NCBI GenBank assembly: GCA_965228855.1 | Contig: CBDDIJ010000002.1 | Location: 2,272,001-2,336,000 of the forward strand | Length of the DNA stretch: 64,000 bases | Origin: Candidatus Obscuribacterales bacterium | GTDB lineage: Bacteria > Cyanobacteriota > Vampirovibrionia > Obscuribacterales > Obscuribacteraceae | Direction: 5' to 3' | Part shown: piece after piece, positions 19,262 through 29,048 of the stretch | Position numbering within the stretch: position 1 is the first letter of the stretch | How the letters are laid out: the number at the start of each line of letters is the position of its first letter | Translations under genes and position numbers: made by a program | The notes under the pieces: generated by a model | What the model saw: only the letters and a program-made list of their open reading frames with translations | Told to the model about the DNA's origin: nothing | Database searches by the model: none

Positions 19262-20002
19262 TCAGCCACCAACCTTTTCCAGGAAATACTCTTCCAGATC
19301 CTTATGACCGCCGCTGTGAACGATGTTCTTAACTTCATCCTCCGCTACCAATTTGCCTTTGGCGAGCACTCCCACTCGGTCGCACACATCGCTGACATCG
19401 GGCAAGAGATGCGAATTGAAAAATATCGTTTTGCCGCGTGCTTTCAGGTCCAGTAATATTTTTCGGACATCGCGGCGTCCAATCGGATCGAGTCCTGACA
19501 TGGGCTCGTCCCAAAAGACTACTTCCGGATCGTTGATCAAGCTTTGCGCGATTCCCAATCGCTGTAGCATGCCCTTTGAGTATTTGCGCATAGGTTTATC
19601 CGCATCGACGGTCATGCTGACCAGCTCCAGAAGCTGTTTTACGCGATCTCGTAATTCGGTTTTCTTCAAACCGAATAATTGTCCGATGAATTCCAGAAAC
19701 TCATGTCCGGTCAAATGCGAATAGAAATATGGATTTTCCGGTAGGAAACCAATCTTTCTCAATGCGCTCTGAGCTCCGGCCTTCTCGCCAAGTACAAGAG
19801 CTTCTCCGCGGTCCGGTCGCATGAGACCAACCAGAATTTTGACCGTCGTAGTTTTCCCGGCACCATTCGGTCCGAGCAGACCATATGTCTCTCCTTGCTT
19901 CACTGACAAAGAGAGCCCGTCAAGAATCGGGCTGCGCCTGAGAAGAAAGCTCGAGACCCTGTCTTTGCTGAGTCCTCGTGCTTCAATCACGTTGCCAGTC
20001 AC
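19262..20002 (-). CDS. ABC transporter ATP-binding protein (PilH-like by context)
   Basis: GPNGAGKTT, GFLPENPYFY, YSKGMLQR signature, DEP Walker B, SH switch. Confidence 0.93.
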   Translation of the reverse strand: MTGNVIEARGLSKDRVSSFLLRRSPILDGLSLSVKQGETYGLLGPNGAGKTTTVKILVGLMRPDRGEALVLGEKAGAQSALRKIGFLPENPYFYSHLTGHEFLEFIGQLFGLKKTELRDRVKQLLELVSMTVDADKPMRKYSKGMLQRLGIAQSLINDPEVVFWDEPMSGLDPIGRRDVRKILLDLKARGKTIFFNSHLLPDVSDVCDRVGVLAKGKLVAEDEVKNIVHSGGHKDLEEYFLEKVGG

Positions 20003-20085
20003 GCTAGATCTCTCCCTCGCCTGCCACCAGCCGATTCCGTTTGAAACCAGCGGCTATTCGCGCGAAACGAAAATCGTTTTTCGAA

Positions 20086-20940
20086 CTAGCTGCCTTTTTT
20101 CTCGGCGGCTTTTCTGCTCTGCGTAATGATCTTATGAAGCTCTGCTGTAGCGGCTCTCAGTCTGCGCGATACTTGCATCTGAGAAATTCCCAGTCGCCGT
20201 GCCACTTCTGTTTGGCTGAGATCTTCGTAGAAGGTTAGTTGAACGACTTCTCTCAAGCCATCACGCAATTGCTTGATCGCTTCTGAAAGCATGAAGCGGT
20301 CTTCTTTCGCGAGTTGATTGTTGTGATAGCGACCATCGACAAGCGTGTCGATAAGCGACTGCTCTGAGCCTGCATCATTTGAAAGCGCCTGGTCGAGCGA
20401 GATAAGCGTGCGGCGGCGATCAACTTCATATGCTTCGTTGACGCGCGACACCGGAATCTGCAACTCGATGGCGATTTCCATGTCGGTGGGCTCGCGCCCG
20501 AGACGGGCGGTGAGGTTTTGAACCAGACGATTGATCCGGAAAGAAAGTTCTTGCAACTCTCTAGGAGCGCGAATCATCGCGGTCTTGTCTCTGAGGTAGT
20601 GACGAATCTCACCTGTAATCAAGTGAGTCGCATATGTTTGAAACTTAGCGCCGGCGTCAGGTTTAAACTGATCGACAGCTTTTATCAATCCGATCGAACC
20701 AACCTGGATCAAATCTTCAACAGGGTCGGTCGAACGTCTCGCCAAGCCGTAGGCGATGCGTTTGACCAGCGGCAAGGCCGCTTGAATTATTGAGTCACGA
20801 AGAGATGGATCGCGAGTTTCTGCATACGCTGCCAGCCACTCGTGAATTTGATCTTGCGCCTTTGATACATCTGCTCTGGGACTGGAAGACGGTCCTGGAC
20901 CCGGAGTTGCTCTTTTTGCCTGCAAACCCTTAATTCCCAC
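20086..20940 (-). CDS. sigF: SigB/SigF/SigG-family sigma factor (cyanobacterial SigF-like)
   Basis: EDLIQVGSIGLIKAV, GEIRHYLRD, LGREPT, SQTEVARRLGISQMQVSR. Confidence 0.85.
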   Translation of the reverse strand: MGIKGLQAKRATPGPGPSSSPRADVSKAQDQIHEWLAAYAETRDPSLRDSIIQAALPLVKRIAYGLARRSTDPVEDLIQVGSIGLIKAVDQFKPDAGAKFQTYATHLITGEIRHYLRDKTAMIRAPRELQELSFRINRLVQNLTARLGREPTDMEIAIELQIPVSRVNEAYEVDRRRTLISLDQALSNDAGSEQSLIDTLVDGRYHNNQLAKEDRFMLSEAIKQLRDGLREVVQLTFYEDLSQTEVARRLGISQMQVSRRLRAATAELHKIITQSRKAAEKKGS

Positions 20941-21220
20941 TTTTCCACTAACGAACTAACCCGACAATCCATATTGTATGGCCTTAACGCAGATTATCAA
21001 ACAAATCATGTAAAAACTAGTGCTTAAACCTATACAGGTGCCGTAGGAAAGTATGTATTTTGGCTAGCAAAAGGGCTCGAAACCACCACCTGCCATGACG
21101 TTACAGCTTCGTATCATCAATTTGGCGCGCGTCTGAGAATGAAGGGTTAAACCTTCAAATTTTTCCGCAAACTTTGCCGAGAGTCCGGTTTTGTTTCTTT
21201 GCAAGCCTTTCAGGCTGACA

Positions 21221-22261
21221 TCAACCCTTCGCGCTTGCCAACTTCAGCTTGGTTTCCAGAACCTCATCTTCCGCATCGTAGTCGAACTTCTCGAGATCAA
21301 CAGTCTCAGGCGGATTTTGCCTTTGCCAGGCCACGGTCAGGGCGAGAGCTTCGTCCCGTGGGACGCTCTCGGTCCATTTGAACTTGGTCCTGAACGGTTC
21401 CGTATCGATTGTCAGGTGCTGACGCCAGTCGTAGTCTTGTCTTATGTGAGTGGGTAGCACTTCTTCGTCCACAGCCAGAACTTCTCCCTTCCAGCCTGCT
21501 GCTTTTCCGACCAATTTGACCCACTCCATTTCGGGCATCGAATCATCTTCGCCTATGTTGTAGATGAAGCTGCCTTTGGATTGGTCTTCGCTCGCAACCA
21601 CGACCGCACTGGCGACGTCGTCGACGTAACCGCGTGTGAGCTGCCATTTTGCCTGTTGTTTGCCTAGCAATATGTGTTTGCGGCCGTCGTCCATTCGGCG
21701 AAGGTGCTCGAAAATACGCGTCTGGGGGTCGTTCGGTCCGTAGACTACCGGCAACCTTAAGATGGTTGTTTGCAGCTCGGGCTCGCTTTGAGCGAGTTTT
21801 TCCACCAGAATCTTTTCGTACTCGTAAGCCGTGTGAAGCGCATCTACAGCGACTCCTCTGTATGGATAGAGCTGTTCGCGCAACGGCGAGTTTTCCTTGA
21901 GAGGGGTTGCGTCCGGGCTTCCAGGCTCTTTTTTCCGTAGCCGGTTATATGCGCGATAAACGTCAATGCTGCTGATTACCACCATGCGGTCCGTCACACC
22001 CGTTATCGCGCGCGTAAGTGTCCATGACTCCTGCGATGTCCGCGGGATCATGTCGATCACGACATTCGGCGCTAACTTTCGGATCTGAGCTGTATACTCG
22101 GAAAGGTCGCGACGGTCGAAAAGAAGCGACTGTACACCTTCCGGCATGGTCGTGTTGCTCCGACCTCGATGCACGACCGTGACTTCGTGCCCCTTTGCGG
22201 CCATCTGTTTAACGACGTGTGACCCAATAAATCCCGTTCCACCTAACAACAATACTCGCAT
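21221..22261 (-). CDS. NAD-dependent epimerase/dehydratase (atypical SDR)
   Basis: GGTGFIG, ISSIDVY, YxxxK (YEYEK), LRLPVVYGP. Confidence 0.88.
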   Translation of the reverse strand: MRVLLLGGTGFIGSHVVKQMAAKGHEVTVVHRGRSNTTMPEGVQSLLFDRRDLSEYTAQIRKLAPNVVIDMIPRTSQESWTLTRAITGVTDRMVVISSIDVYRAYNRLRKKEPGSPDATPLKENSPLREQLYPYRGVAVDALHTAYEYEKILVEKLAQSEPELQTTILRLPVVYGPNDPQTRIFEHLRRMDDGRKHILLGKQQAKWQLTRGYVDDVASAVVVASEDQSKGSFIYNIGEDDSMPEMEWVKLVGKAAGWKGEVLAVDEEVLPTHIRQDYDWRQHLTIDTEPFRTKFKWTESVPRDEALALTVAWQRQNPPETVDLEKFDYDAEDEVLETKLKLASAKG

Positions 22262-22432
22262 GCAAATCTGCCCCCAAAGGTTCCCGGTCTCCCTTTGTTC
22301 TGGAAAACCAAAACAATTCTGCCTTCTCTATAAATTTCTTTCCCTAGAATTCGATATTTATTTACGGAAACCGTAACGCCCGCCATATTTTTTATTCCGG
22401 GAAAGCTTTTTTGGGGGAGTCTATGAACCCCG

Positions 22433-22783
22433 ATGAAGGGAATATATAGCTTGATTGACGTGGAGAATTTACCAATGGACGGACTTCCTGATCCTTCTCA
22501 ATTGTCTAAAACAGGTCTTTTCCGGGTCGCAAAGGAAAAACCGATTCGCCCACTCACTTCGGTTTATCTCATCGGGCTGGGCTTCACTACGATTGCCTTA
22601 GCTGCGGATCTTGTTTTTCAGGGATTCCAAAACAACGTCGCCGCTGTCGGAGCAGCAGCTGCTGCGGCAGTTCTCGTCATCTGGATATCAATAGCGTTTC
22701 TCTGGCACTCTGTACGCCAACTGATAATCAAAGTAGATGCGCTGACCCGTTTAGTAGAGAAAAAGAGCGACACCAACCTCTGA
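22433..22783 (+). CDS. Small hypothetical membrane protein (2 TM)
   Basis: GGGGAG upstream; two hydrophobic helices; fills the gap between the epimerase and pilC. Confidence 0.7.
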   Translation: MKGIYSLIDVENLPMDGLPDPSQLSKTGLFRVAKEKPIRPLTSVYLIGLGFTTIALAADLVFQGFQNNVAAVGAAAAAAVLVIWISIAFLWHSVRQLIIKVDALTRLVEKKSDTNL

Positions 22784-22807
22784 ATACCTTCGGCAACGTT
22801 TCAGGAC

Positions 22808-24037
22808 CTATCTGAGCTGATTGATGACGGTAAAAATCGGCAGATACATTCCAACGACGACTGAGCCGACGACACCGCCGATGCCGACAACCATAATTGG
22901 TTCAAGCATGGAAGTGAGCTGCTCGACTGAATTTTCGACTTCCATGTCGTAGAAGTCGGCGATCTTTGAGAGCATGTCATCAAGCCTACCGGTTTCTTCG
23001 CCGACCGCAATCATCTGAGTGACCATCGGCGGGAAGATTTGATTGCGGCTCATCGGTTTTGAGATTGTCCCACCCTGACGGACTTCGTCGTAAATCTGAT
23101 CGATGCCTTTCGCCACTACAGCATTGCCGGCTGTGTCTTTGACGACATCAAGCGCGTTGAGCATGGGGACGCCTGCGCGTATAAGTGTTCCGAAAGTTCG
23201 GCTGAATCTGGCGATTGCAACTTTTCTAATCAGGTCGCCAAACAGGGGGAGGCTGAGAATCATGCCGTCAATTTGAAGGCGACCCACCTCGGTTCTGTAA
23301 TATCGGCGCAGAAAATATGCCCCGATACCGCAGGCAATCAGGAAGAAAACCATATAGATTGACCGGACTGCTTCTGATAAGGCAATGAGAAACTGCGTGT
23401 AGAGCGGAAGTTCACCACCAATGTTTTTAAACAATCCCTGAAAAACGGGCAGCACAAATGTCAGCATCGCCCAGAACACGCCCACTGCAATAAGCAGAAC
23501 GACTGATGGATAGACCATCGCTGCGCGCACCTTCTGGTTCAATTTTTCCTTGTATTCAAGGTAATCCGCCAGTCGTTTCAAGACATCTGAGAGAATACCG
23601 CCGGTCTCGCCGGCACGAACGATGGCAATGTACAGTCTATCGAAGATGCCCACCTGTCTTGCCATAGCATCGGACAGTGATAAACCGGACTCGACCGACC
23701 TTCTAATGTCATCGAGGGCATTTTTCAATCGCTTGTTGGGGCATTGATCCACGATAATTGAGAGTGTTCGCAGCATTGCGACGCCGGAGGAAACCATTGC
23801 AGAGAATTGGCGAGAGAAAACAACCATGTCTTTCAGGCTGACCTGCTCGAAAGAATCCAATATGCGATTCAGTCTCGCTACTATTTCGGCTGTTGTAAAT
23901 CCTCCGCGTTCGCGGATATCGAGAACGTCCAGGCCGCGTGCTGATAGTCGAGTGCGGAGAATTGCGGGTGATTCAGCCTGAGCAACTGCTTCTCGCACGT
24001 TACCCTGGCTATCTCTCACTTTGTAAACATATTCCAC
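22808..24037 (-). CDS. pilC: Type IV pilus inner membrane platform protein PilC
   Basis: Two T2SSF repeats (FSRQFSAMVSSGV...GETGG; FSRTFGTLIRAGVP...VGEETGRL), LEP, MYLPIF. Confidence 0.95.
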   Translation of the reverse strand: MEYVYKVRDSQGNVREAVAQAESPAILRTRLSARGLDVLDIRERGGFTTAEIVARLNRILDSFEQVSLKDMVVFSRQFSAMVSSGVAMLRTLSIIVDQCPNKRLKNALDDIRRSVESGLSLSDAMARQVGIFDRLYIAIVRAGETGGILSDVLKRLADYLEYKEKLNQKVRAAMVYPSVVLLIAVGVFWAMLTFVLPVFQGLFKNIGGELPLYTQFLIALSEAVRSIYMVFFLIACGIGAYFLRRYYRTEVGRLQIDGMILSLPLFGDLIRKVAIARFSRTFGTLIRAGVPMLNALDVVKDTAGNAVVAKGIDQIYDEVRQGGTISKPMSRNQIFPPMVTQMIAVGEETGRLDDMLSKIADFYDMEVENSVEQLTSMLEPIMVVGIGGVVGSVVVGMYLPIFTVINQLR

Positions 24038-24045
24038 TTTAAGTC

Positions 24046-24130
24046 CGCTCCGCTATATCAATTAAACGCTCCGCTCCTCGTTTCACTCGATGCTCTGCTA
24101 CACTCGCTCGCTCCGCATATCAGTTATACG
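24046..24130. repeat. Imperfect 22-23 bp direct repeat with recurring CGCTC pentamers in the pilT-pilC spacer
   Basis: cgctccgctatatcaattaaacg (24046-24068) vs cgctccgcatatcagttatacg (24109-24130); extra cgctccgct at 24067-24075. Confidence 0.6.
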
Positions 24131-24137
24131 TTTGCTG

Positions 24138-25295
24138 CTACTGAAGTCTTCCGAACATAGAGCGCCGTTCCGGGGGCGGCTCTTGCGATGTTGGCTGTGC
24201 CGCGGTCCGTTCCGGAGTCAAAAGAACTTTGAGGTCATCGGCGCGAGTCGTTTTTGAGAAAGCCTCGTCGACGGTGATAACTCCTGCTTTGGCAAGGTTC
24301 GACAACGCTTGTTCCAAGGTTTGCATGCCTTGTTTCGATCCCATTTGCATGGTTGCATATAGCTGTGAGTTCTTCGCTTCTCGCACGAGGTTGGCTACAG
24401 CTGCGGTGTTTACGAGAACTTCTGCTGCGAGAACACGACCTTTAGTGATTGGACTTCCGCCCGCCATCTCTTCCTGACGAGGTATCAGAGTCTGCGAGAT
24501 GATGGCGACCAAACTGTTCGAAAGCATAATGCGAATCTGTTGTTGTTGGTCATGAGGAAACGCGTCGATGATTCTATCGACCGTTTGTGCAGCGGAGCTT
24601 GTGTGCACCGTGCTTAGTACCAGGTGTCCCGTCTCGGCAGCCGTGAGCGCAAGGTGAATTGTTTCCAAGTCGCGCATTTCGCCAACCAGGATGACGTCCG
24701 GGTCTTCTCGGAGCGCGGCTCGTAATGCGTTTGCAAAACTTCTCGTGTCGCTGCCCAATTCTCTTTGAGAGATGACTGAAACCTTGTCGTTGTGAAGATA
24801 CTCAATCGGATCTTCGATGGTCAGAATGTGAACAGAGCGCGTGTCGTTTATATAGTCAATCATAGAAGCAAGGGTTGTTGATTTGCCGGAGCCCGTAGGG
24901 CCCGTGACCAAGATCAAACCTCTCGGCTTATCTGTGAGTTGTTGGCAGAGAGGGGGAAGCCCTAATTCATCGAGACCGGGTATGGTGGTTGAAACTATAC
25001 GGAACGCCGCAGCTAGACTGCCTCTGTCGCGATATATATTCGCCCTGAATCGTCCCAGACCGGCGACGCCGAAACTGAAATCAACTTCGTAGATATTGCG
25101 AAGTCTATCCTTCTGCTCTTCTGTGATGATTGAGAAAATCAGATCCTCAACGTCTTTGTTTGACATCACCGGAAGCGATGTCCTCTCGAGTCTTCCGGAG
25201 ACCCTTATGATAGGCGGTTGTCCAGCCTTCAAGTGCAGGTCGGACGCTGCTCGATCGAGAACGAGCTGCATCAATTCTTGCAACTCAATATTCAT
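24138..25295 (-). CDS. pilT: Type IV pilus retraction ATPase PilT
   Basis: ASDLHL, GPTGSGKSTT, TIEDPIE, LREDPDVILVGEMRD, AETGHLV, AVANLVRE (AIRNLIRE-like), GMQT. Confidence 0.95.
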   Translation of the reverse strand: MNIELQELMQLVLDRAASDLHLKAGQPPIIRVSGRLERTSLPVMSNKDVEDLIFSIITEEQKDRLRNIYEVDFSFGVAGLGRFRANIYRDRGSLAAAFRIVSTTIPGLDELGLPPLCQQLTDKPRGLILVTGPTGSGKSTTLASMIDYINDTRSVHILTIEDPIEYLHNDKVSVISQRELGSDTRSFANALRAALREDPDVILVGEMRDLETIHLALTAAETGHLVLSTVHTSSAAQTVDRIIDAFPHDQQQQIRIMLSNSLVAIISQTLIPRQEEMAGGSPITKGRVLAAEVLVNTAAVANLVREAKNSQLYATMQMGSKQGMQTLEQALSNLAKAGVITVDEAFSKTTRADDLKVLLTPERTAAQPTSQEPPPERRSMFGRLQ

Positions 25296-25359
25296 TCGCG
25301 CTCCTCCGGTAATTTCAAATCGTTTTCGATACTTTCTGCTTTCGTTCTATTTGGACATG

Positions 25360-27507
25360 TCAACGACGTCGCTTCGACTTATGCTGGTGTGAAGGTACGT
25401 TCTGACCGTTGTCAGCGCTATGATGCTCGTGTATCACCGGCTGGTCCGCTTTTCCGTTCGAATATTTCGAATGCATGCAATAGGGACAGTCAACCCAATC
25501 GCCGACGATTTCCGCACTACACGATTGACAGCAGGATTCATGCGCTTCTTCGTATTTGTTCATGCCGCACTTCGGACAGCTCGCCCAGTCCTCTTGCTGC
25601 AATGTGCCGCAGCGACGGCAGGAAACTTTAAGTTCGTGCTGGCAGAATGGGCACTTGATGAAGTCGTCGCTGATTGGGTTTCGGCACTTACTGCAAAGTT
25701 TGTCTTCGCCGGAAGTATCCGCGAGAGTTACGCGCACCACTTCTTCTGCTGTGGTTAGTCCCTGACCGACAAGACGCAGTGAATAATCCTTGAGTGGTAT
25801 CATTCCCGACTGCTTCGCCGCCAATCGGATCATCGCTGTCGTCGCGCCTTTGCAGACGAGGTCGCGAATCTCATCGTTCATTCTCATGACTTCGAAAACA
25901 CCGATCCGGTTTTTATAACCGGTGCCGTTGCACGCTTCGCAACCTAGTCCTCTTCGGAAAATCGGCATACCGTTTGTTCCCATTCGGAGCTTGTAGTACT
26001 GGATGGTTGACTCCGCTAAATGCTCTTGCTGTTTGTCCATCAAGCCGAGATAGCGCAAGGCGCTTACTTCCGGCACGTATTCTTCGACGCATTCTTCGCA
26101 GATTCGACGAACCAGTCGTTGTGCCACCACTCCGACCGTAGCTGATGCCACCAGATATGGGTCCACTTCCATTTCTGCCAACCGGGTGATCGCTCCGGGC
26201 GCGTCGTTGGTGTGAAGGGTGGTGAAAACCAGGTGACCTGTAAGAGCGGCTTCTACAGCGATTTTGGCTGTTTCTCTATCCCGCGTCTCTCCCACCAGTA
26301 CGATGTCCGGATCCTGTCGCAAGAAGTGTCTGAGGATGCGGGCGAAGTCTAATCCTTTTTCGCGCAAGACTTGCACTTGCGTGATGCCGGCCATTTCGTA
26401 TTCAATCGGATCCTCTGCCGTACAGATGTTGACTTCATGCGTGTTTCGCTCGGACAGTGCGGCATAGAGCGTAGTTGTTTTACCGGAGCCGGTTGGGCCG
26501 GTGACGAAAATAATTCCATATGGTTTTCCAATCATGTCACGAATCATCGACATTGCGTCTGATTCAGTGATCAAATTGTCGAGACCAAAATTGGTATGCG
26601 ACTTATCCAATTGCCGCATGACGACTTTCTCTCCATGCTTCGTTGGAATTGTCGACACACGGAAGTCTACATCTTTGCCGGAGAATCTTACGCGAATTCT
26701 GCCGTCTTGAGGAAGACGTCTTTCTGCGATATCAAGGTCGCTCATAATTTTGTAACGCGATACGAGAGCCGCTTGAATAGCCTTTGGCAGCGTTCTATCG
26801 ACGAAGAGAACTCCGTCGAGTCGATAACGCACCGTGACGTTTTTGTCCTGAGGCTCAATATGAACGTCCGAGCATTGACGTTTGATCGCTTTAGCTAAAA
26901 CCTGATTGGCGAGTTGCACAATCGGCGCATCTTGAGCCTGTCTTGCAAGATCAAGGTCGTTAACTTCATCATGCACATCTTCCATGATGGCAATGTCTGA
27001 GAGATCGACTTCCGACTCGATAAACGTCTCGTCCTGATACTCAACCATCTCCTCGGTGAGCTCATCCTGGCGTTTGGCGTAAACAGTTTCCATAAAATGC
27101 TGGAAATCGTCTTCGGTGCAAACAACAGGCTGGACGGTAATTCCTTTGAGCCGATACTTGATGTCGTCGAGGGCAAGAAGATTATTGGGATTCACCATGG
27201 CGATGGTGAGCTTATTCTCTTCTTTCGATATCGGTACGACCTGATGTTGGCGCATCACCTTTTCAGGTAACAACTCCAGACAATTGCCGTTGGGTGTGAC
27301 TTTGGTGAGCGAGACGTAGTTGACGCCAAACTGGAGTTCCAGCGCGTTTTTTAAATGCTTTTCGTTGGCTAAGCCCAGACGAGATAAAATCAGCGAGATT
27401 GGTTCGCCGGTTTTCAGTCGCTCCTGCTGCACCAGCTTGAGCTCGTCATGCGTGATGAGCCCGTGGTCGACAAGTAGTTCCCCAATTTCCTTCTTGATTA
27501 GCGCCAT
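25360..27507 (-). CDS. pilB: Type IV pilus extension ATPase PilB with C-terminal zinc ribbons
   Basis: MshEN-like N-terminus, SDVHIEP, RLPQDG, GPTGSGKTT, LRQDPD, CEEC/CEAC, six additional CxxC motifs in the tail. Confidence 0.95.
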   Translation of the reverse strand: MALIKKEIGELLVDHGLITHDELKLVQQERLKTGEPISLILSRLGLANEKHLKNALELQFGVNYVSLTKVTPNGNCLELLPEKVMRQHQVVPISKEENKLTIAMVNPNNLLALDDIKYRLKGITVQPVVCTEDDFQHFMETVYAKRQDELTEEMVEYQDETFIESEVDLSDIAIMEDVHDEVNDLDLARQAQDAPIVQLANQVLAKAIKRQCSDVHIEPQDKNVTVRYRLDGVLFVDRTLPKAIQAALVSRYKIMSDLDIAERRLPQDGRIRVRFSGKDVDFRVSTIPTKHGEKVVMRQLDKSHTNFGLDNLITESDAMSMIRDMIGKPYGIIFVTGPTGSGKTTTLYAALSERNTHEVNICTAEDPIEYEMAGITQVQVLREKGLDFARILRHFLRQDPDIVLVGETRDRETAKIAVEAALTGHLVFTTLHTNDAPGAITRLAEMEVDPYLVASATVGVVAQRLVRRICEECVEEYVPEVSALRYLGLMDKQQEHLAESTIQYYKLRMGTNGMPIFRRGLGCEACNGTGYKNRIGVFEVMRMNDEIRDLVCKGATTAMIRLAAKQSGMIPLKDYSLRLVGQGLTTAEEVVRVTLADTSGEDKLCSKCRNPISDDFIKCPFCQHELKVSCRRCGTLQQEDWASCPKCGMNKYEEAHESCCQSCSAEIVGDWVDCPYCMHSKYSNGKADQPVIHEHHSADNGQNVPSHQHKSKRRR

Positions 27508-27585
27508 TTCGTGTCACCTTGCCAGCCGCACTTATCGGTGTCTGATATCGTGCCGGAGCAACATAAGTTCTACTCTTATGCCTAA

Positions 27586-28935
27586 TTGATCTATGCCCGT
27601 TTCTTTCTTCTAACTATACTCGTATTACAATGGCCGATGAAACGCTTTAGTTTCGGACCGGCGCAGCTTACCAGCCCTGGAACATCGAGAATGGCAACGC
27701 GACTCATTAAAACATCTCTGTCTCATCGCGGCTATTCACTCGTGAAAATGTCTTATCCGCTGTTCGGGTTGGTTTTTATCGACATGTTCAGTACGTCGAC
27801 CTGGTTCGAGTCAGATATTCAGTGGCTGGGGATCCCGACGATCGTAGCGATTTTGGTCTCCGCTCATGTTTTTTTGTTATTTTTGCAAACCGACCGCGCT
27901 GCCCGTCTCTATTACCTGATCCATCGTGGAAAACCGCCGGCTGTTTACTTGAATTGGCTGGAAATTTCCGACGATGAGTCGCCCACCATCAAATTTGGTC
28001 TAAAGGGATTAAACCTTTCATGCGTAGATGAACTTCACCTGACGTTGTGGGGAAATCTGATTTTTAAATCGCGCTCCGTGTGCGGCTCTTTGATGAAAAA
28101 CGGAGTCGAGGAGATTGAAGCTGACGATGTATTCAAGGTACCGTTCGGAGTCGTATCGTCTAAAGAGCAAAAGGAATTTATTGAACTTGTGCAGAGGGTT
28201 CGACCGGACGTGGTGCTTGGAAAACGGCTTCAAAAGCGGATGATCGCCAAGCACGTTAAAGGAGAAGACTACATTCAGTCACTCGGCGCGGTTTTCCTAC
28301 TGTTCGTTTTATTTGATCTGAGCTTTTCGCTCTTTGGCTATCTGGAGATGTTGAAACAGTACCATCTGGCTCAGGTAGTCGCTCGCGGCTCGTTCTCATC
28401 CACCACCGGGGCGAAAACGAGCGCAGCCGATCACTTCAAAAAAGCAGAGACGATGTTGGAAAGTCCGCCCGGTATCTCACTAGTGAAGCGAACCGTGTTG
28501 CACAAAGGCTATTCCACCGGCGCGGTGTACCAATCACGAGCCGAAGCTCTATGGTACATGGGGCGCCGGGATGAGGCGATCAAGTCGCTGCAAACTGCGC
28601 TTGAATATTATCCCAAAAGCTTACGCATGCACCTTGAACTTGCACGATGGCTCGCGATTGAGGGGCGTTTGCGAGAGGCGCGAAAGGTTTTATTCGATTT
28701 GGCCGATGAGCATGAGGATTCTCTTCTGCCGCGCCTTTACACAATAGTCCTCTTTAGTAGAGGTGACGACGAAAAGAAAGCGAAGCGCTACTACGATATT
28801 TATGCTGACAAATTAGACCTTGAAGTCTTTGGTGAGGAGCCGTGGTGGCCGCCGGGCGGCAATCGATATTTGAACGACTCGTGGTCGCGCGACGACGTTC
28901 ACTTCTTGCTTGATGAGTTGCTGAAAAGTAAGTGA
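27586..28935 (+). CDS. Hypothetical membrane protein with C-terminal TPR-like repeats
   Basis: Three hydrophobic segments and AEALWYMGRRDEAIKSLQTALEYYP TPR pattern; true start probably 27637 or 27691. Confidence 0.75.
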   Translation: MIYARFFLLTILVLQWPMKRFSFGPAQLTSPGTSRMATRLIKTSLSHRGYSLVKMSYPLFGLVFIDMFSTSTWFESDIQWLGIPTIVAILVSAHVFLLFLQTDRAARLYYLIHRGKPPAVYLNWLEISDDESPTIKFGLKGLNLSCVDELHLTLWGNLIFKSRSVCGSLMKNGVEEIEADDVFKVPFGVVSSKEQKEFIELVQRVRPDVVLGKRLQKRMIAKHVKGEDYIQSLGAVFLLFVLFDLSFSLFGYLEMLKQYHLAQVVARGSFSSTTGAKTSAADHFKKAETMLESPPGISLVKRTVLHKGYSTGAVYQSRAEALWYMGRRDEAIKSLQTALEYYPKSLRMHLELARWLAIEGRLREARKVLFDLADEHEDSLLPRLYTIVLFSRGDDEKKAKRYYDIYADKLDLEVFGEEPWWPPGGNRYLNDSWSRDDVHFLLDELLKSK

Positions 28936-29048
28936 CGGATAAATCGTTGAATTAAGACTGCTTATGTTGTGGCATAGATGATGGAAGTGCTTAACTTTGG
29001 GCATAGAAAAGGAAGTTTATAAGGAGAGGGGGCTCCTGTAAGCACAGT

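Noticed and set aside
21140..21157. Near-palindrome TGAAGGGTTAAACCTTCA upstream of sigF
   Set aside because: Single 18-bp element; cannot distinguish operator, terminator or chance
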